Assembly: GCA_965197865.1 (NCBI GenBank)
Contig: CBDANZ010000005.1
Location: 706,379 to 770,378 of the forward strand
From: Vicinamibacterales bacterium
GTDB taxonomy: Bacteria > Acidobacteriota > Vicinamibacteria > Vicinamibacterales > CAVVIG01
Direction: 5' to 3'
Length of the DNA: 64,000 nucleotides
A program made the position numbers and the translations under genes. Below, in pieces: positions 49,430 through 59,129 of the stretch. The notes beneath the pieces were generated by a model. That model saw only the letters and a program-made list of their open reading frames with translations, made no database searches and was not told the origin of the DNA. Each line of letters starts with the position of its first letter. The stretch's first letter is position 1.

Positions 49430-51517
49430 CTACATCCGCGCCGGAACTTCAATCCCCATCAGATCGAGCGCGCGGATGAGCTGCGACCGGAAATAGGCCA
49501 CCCCCGCCGCGCGCCAGCGCTTCCGCTCGACCTGTTCCTCGTTGAGAATCGAATATTGATGGTAGAAGGCGTTGAAGAGCTGCGCGAGGCCGAAGGCGTA
49601 CTTGGCCAGGGCCGAGAACTCGAGCGATCGCACGACCTGCTCGACGACCTCGTCGAGTCGTGAGGCCTCAAGGACGATCGCCCACAAATCGGGGCTGGAA
49701 TAGGCTTCACCGGAGCTGGAGGTGAGCTCGTCAGATGGTGTTGTTGCGAGGCTCGCAATGACGCCAGCCTCCGTCAGGCCATCCCGCTCCCTCAGCTTCT
49801 CAAAGATGTTGTGGGCGCGAACCACCGCATACTGCAGGTACGGGCCGGTCTCGCCCTCGAAACTGAGCGCCTCCGCCATGTCGAACACGATCAGCTTGCT
49901 GCGCGAAAACTTCAGCATGAAATACCGGATGGCGGCCACGGCGATCTGCGACGCGGTGCGCGCGAGCTCCTCAGGTGCCAGCTCCGGATTGCGCTCGGCG
50001 ATTTGATGCGAGGCCTTGGCGACGAGCAGACTGAGCAGGTCGTCGATTTTCACGCCGAGGCCTTTACGACCAGACACCTCGATGAAGGGCTTCGTCGCGT
50101 CGGCTGACGCCGGCGTTTCATATCCCAACTCGCGCGCGGTCGCGTGCGACAGCGCGACCATCTCGTACGAGAAGTGAATCGAGTTGTCGGCCTCCTTTTC
50201 ATGGCCAAGGGCTCTCAATGCCTGACCGAGGAGCGCCTGCAGATACATCTGCCGGGAGTCGATCACGTTATAGATACGGCCGGCGCGGCCGAAGGGCGGC
50301 GCAGAAAGGTCGCCGTCGGCAACGGATGTCGTGGCCCAGAGCGTCCGTCCGTTCGGTTGCTCCGCGAAGCGTCGATAGTGGAAATCGCGGCCGAGCAGGC
50401 CGAGTTTCCAGAACTGATTGGCGATGTCCTTTCCAACGTAGGTGACGACGCCGTTTGATCGAACGATGACTTTCTCGCGCGGGTCTTCGGTCGAGGGGGA
50501 TAGCTCGGCGTTAGACTCGCTCGGCGCGACGGCTTCTGCGTGCGTCGTCGCGGAACCCCCTGGGTCTTCAGGTTCCGTCTCGGCGGAAGCGGCCTCGGCC
50601 CGTTCGTCGATCCGCATGACCCAGCAGCCGGCCAGCCGCCCGCGTTTCTGGAGGAACACGACGGCCTCTGCCTTCAGGATCTCGAACGCACGCGCCCAGA
50701 ATTGCAGACGGAGGATGTCGCTCTCATGAGTGAGGAGGTCGTACGAAATGTTCAACTGCCCCATCGTCTTGAGGTGCGCGCGCACGATGCGATCCACGAT
50801 GAACGCGCCCATTTCAGCCGTCTCGGCGTCGCCGCGCTCGAGCGCGTGGAGCGCGGCCGCGCGGATTTCAAGGCGGCTCTGGTCTTTGTCGTACCAGTCG
50901 GTGACGCGCGAGTAGAGGTCCCAGCAGTAATAGTCGAACCGCGTGGTGTCGGCGATGTGCCTGACCCCTTCGAACGTCTCGTGCTCGAGCTCGCGGAACC
51001 CGATGATGACGTCGGCGACCTGGACACCTGTGTCGTCGATGTAGTTCTGCACCTCAACCGGTGTGCCGCGGAACCGTAGTACGCGAATGAGCGTGTCTCC
51101 CAAGGCCGCATTGCGTAGGTGACCGACGTGCGCCGCCTTGTTCGGGTTAATGGCGGTGTGCTCGACAATGGTCTTCGGCTCTGCGGCGTGGATTGGGATT
51201 AGTGACGGATGGCTATGGACACGGGCGAGGAGGAATGCCGGGCGATCGAGATAGAAGTTCAAGTGCCCGCTGGGCGCGGCCACAACGCGCGCAATGCCGG
51301 GAATGGGGCCCACTACGCCGGCGATCTCCTGCGCGATGGCGCGAGGCGCTTTTCGCAGCGTGCGCGCAAGCTGAAACGCGATGGTCACCGCCAGATCGCC
51401 CAAGGCGCGACTCGGCGGCACCTCGACCGCAAATGGCGGCACGTCGCGCAGTCCGAAATGCCGAGCCACGACATCGGTGACGGCGTCCTGGACCTGACGT
51501 TGGAGGTTGAGCATCAT
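49430..51517 (-). CDS. argS: arginine--tRNA ligase (long form with an acidic insertion)
   Basis: NPNKAAHVGHLRN (HIGH), SGRKG (KMSK-like), and a DALR anticodon-binding C-terminus. 695 aa. Confidence 0.95.
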   Translation of the reverse strand: MMLNLQRQVQDAVTDVVARHFGLRDVPPFAVEVPPSRALGDLAVTIAFQLARTLRKAPRAIAQEIAGVVGPIPGIARVVAAPSGHLNFYLDRPAFLLARVHSHPSLIPIHAAEPKTIVEHTAINPNKAAHVGHLRNAALGDTLIRVLRFRGTPVEVQNYIDDTGVQVADVIIGFRELEHETFEGVRHIADTTRFDYYCWDLYSRVTDWYDKDQSRLEIRAAALHALERGDAETAEMGAFIVDRIVRAHLKTMGQLNISYDLLTHESDILRLQFWARAFEILKAEAVVFLQKRGRLAGCWVMRIDERAEAASAETEPEDPGGSATTHAEAVAPSESNAELSPSTEDPREKVIVRSNGVVTYVGKDIANQFWKLGLLGRDFHYRRFAEQPNGRTLWATTSVADGDLSAPPFGRAGRIYNVIDSRQMYLQALLGQALRALGHEKEADNSIHFSYEMVALSHATARELGYETPASADATKPFIEVSGRKGLGVKIDDLLSLLVAKASHQIAERNPELAPEELARTASQIAVAAIRYFMLKFSRSKLIVFDMAEALSFEGETGPYLQYAVVRAHNIFEKLRERDGLTEAGVIASLATTPSDELTSSSGEAYSSPDLWAIVLEASRLDEVVEQVVRSLEFSALAKYAFGLAQLFNAFYHQYSILNEEQVERKRWRAAGVAYFRSQLIRALDLMGIEVPARM

Positions 51518-51553
51518 GCGACGCGCTGAAATGACGGTAAGTTCATGATACGA

Positions 51554-52174
51554 TTACAGTTTGTGACCGAATCGCACCTCGATCGCGTGGTAGTCGGCCA
51601 GCGTGTTCACGTTGGCCAGAAGCCGGCCGCTGTCGCCAAGCCGTTGGAGCTCATCGCCGGTGACCGTGCGGAGCCGCACGTCGGCGAACAATTCGTCCAT
51701 TTTGAGTCGCCGACAAACGAGCCGCGCGGCGATGGCCGGCTGACAGGCGTGCGTGTAAGCAGCGCAGAGCGGATGATAGCCGCCCTCGGTCCGCGGCACG
51801 ACGACGTCGGCCTCGCGCGTGAGCGCGAGCAGATGCCCGAGCAGCTCGGCGGTGACAAACGGCATATTGCCCGCGACGACCACCAGCCGATCCTCGCGCG
51901 CCGCGGCAAGCGCCACATCGAGACCGCCCAGCGGTCCGCAGCCGCGCACACGATCGCGGACCAAGCGCACGGCAATCTCATCGCAAAGTTCCCCTGTGAC
52001 GCCTTTTCGTGCCGCGGCGACCCGACCGCCGACGATCAGAATGTCGTCGGTGAGGCGGGACAGCTCGGTGATTTGCCGCTCCCGTATGAATCGGCCTCCG
52101 ACGACGAGCGTGCTCTTGTCACGCCCGCCGAAGCGAGTCGCCCCGCCGCCGGCGAGAATGGCCGCGCTCGGCAT
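51554..52174 (-). CDS. mobA: molybdenum cofactor guanylyltransferase
   Basis: AAILAGGGATRFGGRDKSTL N-terminal NTP-transferase motif, about 200 aa. Confidence 0.8.
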   Translation of the reverse strand: MPSAAILAGGGATRFGGRDKSTLVVGGRFIRERQITELSRLTDDILIVGGRVAAARKGVTGELCDEIAVRLVRDRVRGCGPLGGLDVALAAAREDRLVVVAGNMPFVTAELLGHLLALTREADVVVPRTEGGYHPLCAAYTHACQPAIAARLVCRRLKMDELFADVRLRTVTGDELQRLGDSGRLLANVNTLADYHAIEVRFGHKL

Positions 52175-52267
52175 CTCGTGTTGATCTTAGCTCCAAGTCC
52201 GGCTGAACCCGGACGCCACAACCTAGCCGAAGCCGGACGTCACGCCGCGGCGCTCGCCGCTTGACGC

Positions 52268-52873
52268 ATGCGGGAAGCCAGCATCGGTCGCGTGCTCCTC
52301 GCCAGCCTCCACCAGGGGATTGCCGACATCCGGCCTACACGTCTGGGCTTCTACGAGAACTGGTTGCACGCCGAGGGCTTGCGAGAGGGCAAGATCGGCC
52401 TGGGGCCGCTCAATGCCGTCCTGAGCTTCTTGAGGCAGGAGGGCGATGCCTATGAAACGATCACGAGCCGCGCCGGCGAATATGCTGCGGAGTGGACCGT
52501 GGAATCCATGCCGCAACTGCAGCGCGCGCTAATCAAAGCAGCACCAGTCTGGCTTCGTCGCCGGCTCCTGCTTCGGGTCGGGCGAAAACTGGTGAGACGG
52601 AGCTTTCGAGGCAGCCACTCGACGTCGAAACTCCGCCGAGGCACGGCGAAAATCGATCTGCGCGGTTCGATCTTCTGTTCCGTGCGTGAGCCGGTCGACA
52701 GCCCGCTCTGCAGCTTCTACGCGGCTGCCTTCACGCGCCTCCTGTTGTTGTTCAACCTGCAATCGAACGCTCGAATCGTGGCGTGCCGAGGCACCGGCGA
52801 GGCGTCGTGCGTCATAAGAATCGCGCCGACCAACGGCGCCGCCGCGCAGGGTGGCGAGGTGGAGGCCAGATGA
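52268..52873 (+). CDS. hypothetical protein, possible V4R (4-vinyl reductase-like) C-terminal domain
   Basis: The Cys pattern CSVREPVDSPLCSFYAAAF...IVACRGTGEASCVIRI resembles V4R. This is memory-based only. Confidence 0.4.
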   Translation: MREASIGRVLLASLHQGIADIRPTRLGFYENWLHAEGLREGKIGLGPLNAVLSFLRQEGDAYETITSRAGEYAAEWTVESMPQLQRALIKAAPVWLRRRLLLRVGRKLVRRSFRGSHSTSKLRRGTAKIDLRGSIFCSVREPVDSPLCSFYAAAFTRLLLLFNLQSNARIVACRGTGEASCVIRIAPTNGAAAQGGEVEAR

Positions 52874-53221
52874 GACAAGAAGCTGTTCTTGCGCTCGCGC
52901 TCGTGTGGCTGCTCGGCGGACCGCAGACGGCCGCCGCCCAGGCACCTTCACGGATCTTCGCGATGCCCTTCGAGACCGTCACTCACGACAGCCGCATCTT
53001 CTGGCTCAGCGAGGCGTCGGTCGTGCTTCTCGCGGACAAACTTGAACGAGCTCGGCCAGCACGCCGTCACACGCGGGGAGGGACGTGAGGCGTTCGAGGC
53101 TCGCTTCTTGGAGGCGAAAGGACAGCGCGGGCGCCCGCACGAGGGGGAGCGCACGCGCTGGCCGCTTGACCCGGCATCAGAAGACGCCCTGCGGGTGGTC
53201 GATCGATCAGGACAAAGGTAG
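52871..53221 (+). pseudogene. secreted protein relic (TolB-like N-terminal module), frameshifted and truncated
   Basis: Signal peptide MRQEAVLALALVWLLGGPQTAAAQA, then RIFAMPFETVTHDSRIFWLSEASVVLLADKL, continuing in the next frame as NELGQHAVTRGEGREAFE. After that it loses any recognisable sequence. Confidence 0.35.
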
Positions 53222-53272
53222 CGCGACCCTTTCAGGGTCGCGGCGGACGCTGGCCTGAAAGGCCCGCGCGAC
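53219..53272. repeat. REP/BIME-like double-hairpin element, copy B
   Basis: TAGCGCGACCCTTTCAGGGTCGCG GCGGA CGCTGGCCTGAAAGGCCCGCGCGAC. Both halves form hairpins with a TGAAA/TTTCA loop, in opposite orientation. Confidence 0.6.
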
Positions 53273-53304
53273 GTGGTACAATCAATCCCGGTTTCGGCCC
53301 CCAC

Positions 53305-53967
53305 ATGCCCGACGACGGCTTTCATGAGATCCAACTGAACGGAAAGCAACTAGTTTTCCTGTTTATGGCCGCCACTGTCGTGTCGGTGGTGATCTTTCTG
53401 TGTGGCGTGCTCGTCGGACGCGGTGTGCGCAGCGAGCAAGGCGCCGTGGCCGAAACCGCAGCCCTCAGCGAGGTGCCAACCGCCGACGTCGCCGCCACGT
53501 CGTCGAGCGCGCCGAACGCCGTGTCGGGCTCCGATCCGAGAGTGGCCGCGCGGCCGCCCGCGGTCGATGATCTCAGCTACTTCAATCGGCTCGAACAACG
53601 GGAGACGCCGCCCGAGGAACTGAAGCCGGCGTCGGGCGAAGCCAGCCGCCCGGAGTTGGTGACGCGATCGCCGTCTTCGCCGGCCCAGCCTTCGCTCCGT
53701 GAAACCGAGACCGCGTCGGTGGGGGCGGGTTCTCTCTCCCAGGGGTATGCCGTCCAGCTTGCGGCGCTGAACTCACGCAGCGAAGCGGACGCCATGGCCG
53801 AGCGGCTCACAGCCAAGGGATACGCCGCCTACGTGCTCGTGCCACCGAGCGGCGCGCCGGCGGTCTACCGCGTGCGGATCGGCACCTTCAGCACCCGGCG
53901 CGATGCGGAGTGCGTCGCCGCGAAGCTCCAGAAAGAAGAGCAATTTCAGCCCTGGATCACCCGCTGA
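53305..53967 (+). CDS. SPOR-domain protein
   Basis: N-terminal TM, a Pro/Ser-rich linker, and a C-terminal SPOR domain (YAVQLAALNSRSEADAMAERLTAKGYAAYV...YRVRIGTFSTRRDAE). Confidence 0.8.
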   Translation: MPDDGFHEIQLNGKQLVFLFMAATVVSVVIFLCGVLVGRGVRSEQGAVAETAALSEVPTADVAATSSSAPNAVSGSDPRVAARPPAVDDLSYFNRLEQRETPPEELKPASGEASRPELVTRSPSSPAQPSLRETETASVGAGSLSQGYAVQLAALNSRSEADAMAERLTAKGYAAYVLVPPSGAPAVYRVRIGTFSTRRDAECVAAKLQKEEQFQPWITR

Positions 53968-54001
53968 CGGACGCCCGGGAGACCCCGGCTCGGACTGACT
54001 C

Positions 54002-55606
54002 GTGTCGAACGATGACGACGCGGGCCTGAAAGGCCCGCGCTACACGTTGGGTACCCGTTCCCTCGACTTCGCGCTGGCAGCCTCGTCCGGCGTCCTGCTG
54101 GCGTTCAGCTTTCCACGCTTCGGTCATCCCGCGCTGGGCTGGATCGCGCTGGCACCGCTACTGGTCGCCCTCGAGCGAGGATCTCTTATTCGAGCTTTCA
54201 CGCTCGGGCTCGTCGCCGGAGCCGTGTACTTCACCGGAACGCTGTACTGGATCACGCGGGTGATGGTGGTTTACGGCGATCTCCAAACGATTGTGGCCGT
54301 GCTCGTCAACGCGGCGCTCATCGCGTATCTCGCGCTGTTTCCCGCGATCTTCTCTCTGATTACACGCCGGATGATGATGGCCTTTGGCCGTCGTGCGCTC
54401 ATCGCTTCGCCGCTCGTGTGGGTAGCGACGGAGCTGGGGCGCACACATCTATTCGGCGGCTTCCCGTGGGTGCTACTCGGCTACAGCCAGGCGAGCGTGC
54501 TGCCGATCGCGCAACTCGCCAGCCTGTTCGGCGTCTTCGGGATCTCGGCACTGGCTGTGGCGGCCAGTGCGGCGTTGGGCGATGTCGCGGTCAGGCTGTT
54601 CGCCGACGGTCCGGCTGAAGCCGGACACTACGTCAACAGGAAATATCTGCCAGGGGTCGTCGTTGCAGCGCTTGTTCTTGTTGTTGCTGCGTGGGGAAGC
54701 GCCCGTGTCGCGCGTGGCGAACTGACGCGGACCGGCCAGCCGTTTACGGTCGCGCTCGTACAAGGCAACGTGGATCAGGCGGAGAAGTGGGACGCCGCCC
54801 GCGCGGGCACCATCTTTCAGAACTACCTGGACATGACACGACAGGCGATCAGCAAGGGCGTCGACCTCGTCGTGTGGCCGGAGTCGGCCACGCCGTTCGT
54901 CTTCGAAGATGACCCGGCGGCGGCTGATCAAATTCGGGCGCTCGCTCGAGAAGCGAAGGTTCCCATTCTCCTCGGCAGCGATCAGATCGAACGCGGAAGT
55001 CCGACCCGATACTACAACTCGGCCTACCTCATTCGCGCCGACGGCACGACGGCCGGTGTGTACCGCAAGATGCACCTGGTCCCGTTCGGAGAATACGTGC
55101 CGTTCAGGCGCGTGTTTTTCTTTGCCGCCCCTCTGGTGGAAGCCGTCACGGATTTCTCGTCTGGGGAGTCAGCGGTCCTGCTACCGGTCGACGGGCACTC
55201 TGTGAGCACGGCCATCTGCTATGAGATCGTCTACCCGCACCTCGTCGGTCGATTCGTCCGCGCCGGAAGTGAGCTGCTGACGACAATCACGAATGACGCG
55301 TGGTTCGGTCCGACGTCGGCGCCGTACCAGCATTTCGAGCAGGCGTCGATGCGCGCTATCGAGAACGGTCGGTACCTGGTCCGGGCGGCCAACACGGGCA
55401 TCAGCGGTGTCGTGGATCCGTACGGCCGGATCGCCGCGCAGAGCCGCATCTTCGAGCCCGCCGTGATCGTCAGTCAGGCGCGCTTCCTGCAGGTGGCAAC
55501 CGTGTACATGCGGACCGGCGACGTCTTTGCGTACGCGGCCGTGGCCGTGACGATCGTGATGCTCGTGGTGGCGCGCGGCTCCTCCCGTCGTAGAATGAAA
55601 CAGTAG
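54002..55606 (+). CDS. lnt: apolipoprotein N-acyltransferase
   Basis: Multi-TM N-terminus plus a CN-hydrolase domain (VVWPESA, YRKMHLVPFGEYVP, AICYEIVYP). The start may be the TTG at 54047, just after REP copy C. Confidence 0.9.
   Translation: MSNDDDAGLKGPRYTLGTRSLDFALAASSGVLLAFSFPRFGHPALGWIALAPLLVALERGSLIRAFTLGLVAGAVYFTGTLYWITRVMVVYGDLQTIVAVLVNAALIAYLALFPAIFSLITRRMMMAFGRRALIASPLVWVATELGRTHLFGGFPWVLLGYSQASVLPIAQLASLFGVFGISALAVAASAALGDVAVRLFADGPAEAGHYVNRKYLPGVVVAALVLVVAAWGSARVARGELTRTGQPFTVALVQGNVDQAEKWDAARAGTIFQNYLDMTRQAISKGVDLVVWPESATPFVFEDDPAAADQIRALAREAKVPILLGSDQIERGSPTRYYNSAYLIRADGTTAGVYRKMHLVPFGEYVPFRRVFFFAAPLVEAVTDFSSGESAVLLPVDGHSVSTAICYEIVYPHLVGRFVRAGSELLTTITNDAWFGPTSAPYQHFEQASMRAIENGRYLVRAANTGISGVVDPYGRIAAQSRIFEPAVIVSQARFLQVATVYMRTGDVFAYAAVAVTIVMLVVARGSSRRRMKQ
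54017..54043. repeat. REP-like hairpin, copy C (half element)
   Basis: GACGCGGGCCTGAAAGGCCCGCGCTAC has a perfect 7-bp stem GCGGGCC/GGCCCGC with a TGAAA loop. It matches the second half of copies A and B. Confidence 0.55.
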
Positions 55607-55651
55607 ATTTGCACGTCGCAGTCTGCCATTTTTAACTGTGAGGATTGCCTG

Positions 55652-56787
55652 AATGCCTACCGTCGACGATTTGAGGCGCCGCTACGAAGATCTCAGCAAG
55701 CGAGCGGTCGATCTGCGGAGCTATCTTTGAGGCCTCCCGACCCGACGAAGAGCTGACCCGCCTCGAAGCGCGCGCTGTCGCGCCCGATTTCTGGAAAGAC
55801 CAGGCCGAAGCACAGAAGGTGCTGCAGCGCCGCCGACGGCTCGAGCAGGACTGCGAACTGGTGGTGTCGCTCAAGAAGAAAAGCGACGACCTGGCCGTCC
55901 TCGTGGAGTGGGCCGAAGCGGGCGAGCCGGTCGATGCCGAATTCGGCCATGCACTCGAGGCACTCGATCAGGAGGTGCAGGCCGGTGAGACTAAGGAGAT
56001 GCTCAGCGGCGAGCACGATCGCAAGAACGCGATTGTGACGATTCATCCCGGCGCCGGCGGCACCGAATCGCAGGACTGGGCGGAAATGCTACTGCGAATG
56101 TACCTGCGCTGGACGGAACGCCGCGGCTTCAAACGGGAGATGATCGACCACCAGCCCGGCGACGAGGCAGGGTTGAAGAGCGCCACGCTGACGGTCACGG
56201 GCGAATACGCCTACGGCCTCTTGTCGGCCGAAGCGGGCGTCCACCGCCTCGTACGCATTTCGCCGTTCGACCAAGCGGCGCGGCGTCACACGTCGTTCGC
56301 GTCGATGTACGTCTGGCCGGAGCTTTCCGCGGACATCGACGTGGAGATAGACGAGAACGATCTTCGGATCGACACGTATCGCTCGAGCGGCGCCGGGGGT
56401 CAGCACGTCAACGTCACCGATTCGGCCGTTCGCATCACGCATCTGCCAACGGGCATCGTCGTATCCTGCCAAAACGAGCGATCGCAGCACCGCAACCGCG
56501 ATTCAGCGATGAAGGTTCTGAAGGCGCGCCTCTACGATCTCAGGACAAAGGAACAGCAAGCGAGGCTCGCGCAGATCAGTGGTGCGAAAAAGGAGATCGC
56601 CTTTGGAAACCAGATCCGGAGCTACGTGCTGCACCCGTATCAGCTCGTGAAAGATCATCGCACAAAGGAACAGGTCGGGGACGTCAACCGTGTGCTCGAC
56701 GGCGACATCGACGGCCTCATCAAGAGCTTTCTCCTGAAAAAGGCGAGCGGCACGCTCGGCGAGGCAGTGGAGGACGAGGCGGACTAG
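55652..56787 (+). CDS. prfB: peptide chain release factor 2 (programmed +1 frameshift; a second, unexpected frame break near 55798-55801)
   Basis: Frame 0 gives MPTVDDLRRRYEDLSKRAVDLRSYL, then TGA. The +1 frame gives EASRPDEELTRLEARAVAPDFWKD. The rest (QAEAQKVLQRRRRLE ... RISPFD ... SGAGGQHVN) is in a third frame, starting after GACCCAGG. Confidence 0.9.
55716..55730 (+). promoter_or_regulatory. prfB +1 ribosomal frameshift site
   Basis: GGAG C TAT CTT TGA G. The slippery CTT-TGA lies 4 nt after an internal SD-like GGAG, as in E. coli prfB (AGGGGG TAT CTT TGA C). Confidence 0.85.
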
Positions 56788-59111
56788 CGGTCGCCGTCGA
56801 GCCCACCCGGCTGGGTGCCGGCGATGAAGGTCTCCGTGATGGCGTCTGGGTGTTCCGGAGACGTCGGGGTTCCGGTGGCGCGATCGACGGACAAGAACAC
56901 GATATTCTCTGGCGCTTCGAACTGAGGTGGGCTGTCCTTGTCGGACCGGCCGGCGACATAGGCCTTCATGAAGTCGATCCAGATCGGCAGCGCAGCGGCC
57001 GCGCCGGTCTCGTTCGGTCCCAGCGATTTGTTCTCGTCCAGACCGGTCCAGACGCCGACGGTGATGTCGGGATCGAAGCCGATGAACCACGCGTCGGTGT
57101 TGTCATCGACCGTGCCGGTCTTCCCAGCCAGCGGCCAGTTCAGGCTCGCGGCAGCCGAGGCGGTGCCGCGCTCGACGACGCCAGAGAGCAGGCTCGTCAT
57201 GACGAACGCTGTGTCCGCGCGGATGACGTTCGCCGGCTCGGCCCGGTTTTCCTCGAGCAGGTTGCCGTCGCGGTCCATCACCCACTGAATCTGGAACGGC
57301 TTCATCTGCACGCCCCTGTTTGGAAACACTGTGTAGGCGCTCGTCACTTCCAGGAGCGTGCCGTCGCCAGCGCCGAGCGCAATCGACAAATACGGCGGGA
57401 AGTCCTGCCCGAAGCCGAAGCGCTTAGCATACGCAAGCACCTGAGCGGGTTCGAGCATTTCCATCATGCGGATCGCGGGGATATTGCGCGACTGCTCCAG
57501 GGCGCGTCTGAGCGTGATGGGGCCCTCGAACTCGCGGTCATAGTTTCGGGGCGTGTACATCTCGTCGGGACCGGACGGATAGCTGACCGGTTCATCGACG
57601 ATCACCGACGCCGGCGTGAAGCCGCGATCGATGGCGGTGGTGTACACGATCGGCTTGAAGGTCGAGCCAAGCTGCCGGTACGCCTGCACGGCACGGTTGA
57701 ACTTGCTTCGGCCGAAGCTCCAGCCGCCCACCATCGCCTTGATCTGCCCGGTGCGGTTGTCGATCGCGACGAGCGCTCCCTCGACAATGGGCGTTTGTTC
57801 CAGCACAACCGAGACGATGCGGGTGGCCTCATCGATCTCTGTGATCTCGACCTCGATGAGGTCGCCCACCTTGAAGAGACTGGCGGCCGACGCGCGGCCC
57901 GTCCACCCGAAGCCTTCACGCGTGAGAGTTGCGTGATAAGGGCCTATCCGCAGCCGCGCGCCGCCTGCTGGCGCGGGCCGACCGATCGCGGTCACCACCG
58001 CCGGCACGATGTCGTCGACCTCAATTGACCGGTTCCAGCGGTCGTCCTTGAATCCGTCGATCGTGTGCCGCTCCACGACGACGTTCCTGGTCGGACGACG
58101 GAAGCCGCGCCGCTTGTCGAGGCGGCGCAAACCGTCTGCGAGCGCGCGATTGGCCGCGTCCTGCAACTTCGTGTCGAGCGTCGTTCGGACCGACAGGCCG
58201 CTCTCGTAGAGACGCTTGGCGCCGTAGCGCGCCTCGAGGTGCTTCCGCACCTCCTCGAGGAAGTACGGCGCCACCGACTGCTGCTGATCCGGCTCGCCGC
58301 GCACCACGATCGGCTTGGCCTTCGCCTCCTCGGCACGCGCTTGCGTGATGAAGCCTTCGTCGGCCATGCGCTCGAGCGCGTAGGCGCGCCGCCTGAGCGC
58401 GGCGGTCATGTTCACGTACGGGCTGTGCCGTCCGGGAGCCTGGATGATCCCGGCAAGCAGCGCCGCTTCGCCGAGAACCAGGTCCTTCGCCGATTTGCCG
58501 AAGTAGAGGCGTGCGGCCGACTCCACGCCGTAGGTGCCGTGGCCGAAGAGCACCTGGTTGGCGTAGAGCGTGAGAATCTCGCGCTTCGTGTACCGCTTCT
58601 CAATCCGGATCGCGACAATGGCCTCTCGGATTTTCCGGTCGAGGCTCATATCGCCCAATTCGAAGCCCACGGCCTCCGGAAGAAGGTTGCGCGCGAGTTG
58701 CTGCGTAAGCGTGCTCGCTCCGGCCGGACGCGACGTGCGCCGTGCGATGATGTCACGCATGCCCTCGAGCACATCCCGCATGAGCGTGACGGCAATCCGC
58801 GAAATGCTCAGTCCGAAGTGGGAATTGAAGGTGCCGTCCTCGGCCGCGATGATGGCCAGCCGCAAGTCGGGCGCGATGTCGTCGTAGCCGACCAGCAGGC
58901 GCCGCTGCACCGCGAACTCGCCGATCGGCCGCCCGTCTGCCGAGAACACGCGCGTGATCGTGCTCGGGTTGTAATTGTCGAGCGCGGAGATCTGTGGGAG
59001 ATCGCCGGCATACGCGAAGAGGACGCCGCTGAGGATGCCGACGAGCGCCGCCGTAATGAACAGGGCGGCGACGCCGGCATTACGAGCGAATCGGACGACG
59101 TAGTGGGCCAC
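56784..59111 (-). CDS. mrcA: penicillin-binding protein 1A family (bifunctional transglycosylase/transpeptidase)
   Basis: GT51 motifs EDGTFNSHFG and GASTLTQQLARN. Transpeptidase motifs STFKP, SRN and KTGT. GTG start. Confidence 0.9.
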   Translation of the reverse strand: MAHYVVRFARNAGVAALFITAALVGILSGVLFAYAGDLPQISALDNYNPSTITRVFSADGRPIGEFAVQRRLLVGYDDIAPDLRLAIIAAEDGTFNSHFGLSISRIAVTLMRDVLEGMRDIIARRTSRPAGASTLTQQLARNLLPEAVGFELGDMSLDRKIREAIVAIRIEKRYTKREILTLYANQVLFGHGTYGVESAARLYFGKSAKDLVLGEAALLAGIIQAPGRHSPYVNMTAALRRRAYALERMADEGFITQARAEEAKAKPIVVRGEPDQQQSVAPYFLEEVRKHLEARYGAKRLYESGLSVRTTLDTKLQDAANRALADGLRRLDKRRGFRRPTRNVVVERHTIDGFKDDRWNRSIEVDDIVPAVVTAIGRPAPAGGARLRIGPYHATLTREGFGWTGRASAASLFKVGDLIEVEITEIDEATRIVSVVLEQTPIVEGALVAIDNRTGQIKAMVGGWSFGRSKFNRAVQAYRQLGSTFKPIVYTTAIDRGFTPASVIVDEPVSYPSGPDEMYTPRNYDREFEGPITLRRALEQSRNIPAIRMMEMLEPAQVLAYAKRFGFGQDFPPYLSIALGAGDGTLLEVTSAYTVFPNRGVQMKPFQIQWVMDRDGNLLEENRAEPANVIRADTAFVMTSLLSGVVERGTASAAASLNWPLAGKTGTVDDNTDAWFIGFDPDITVGVWTGLDENKSLGPNETGAAAALPIWIDFMKAYVAGRSDKDSPPQFEAPENIVFLSVDRATGTPTSPEHPDAITETFIAGTQPGGLDGDR

Positions 59112-59129
59112 GAAGAGTCAGTGTACCAC

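Noticed and set aside
52195-52245. Hairpin GTCCGG-CTGAAC-CCGGAC in the mobA/V4R divergent spacer as another copy of the REP family.
   Set aside because: Only the loop style (CTGAA) is shared. The stems and flanks do not align with the 36242, 53219 and 54017 copies.
55729-55819. The second prfB frame change might be another programmed recoding event.
   Set aside because: There is no slippery codon plus stop, and no SD-like stimulator at 55798-55801. The break sits in a short C run, so an indel (error or mutation) is more parsimonious.
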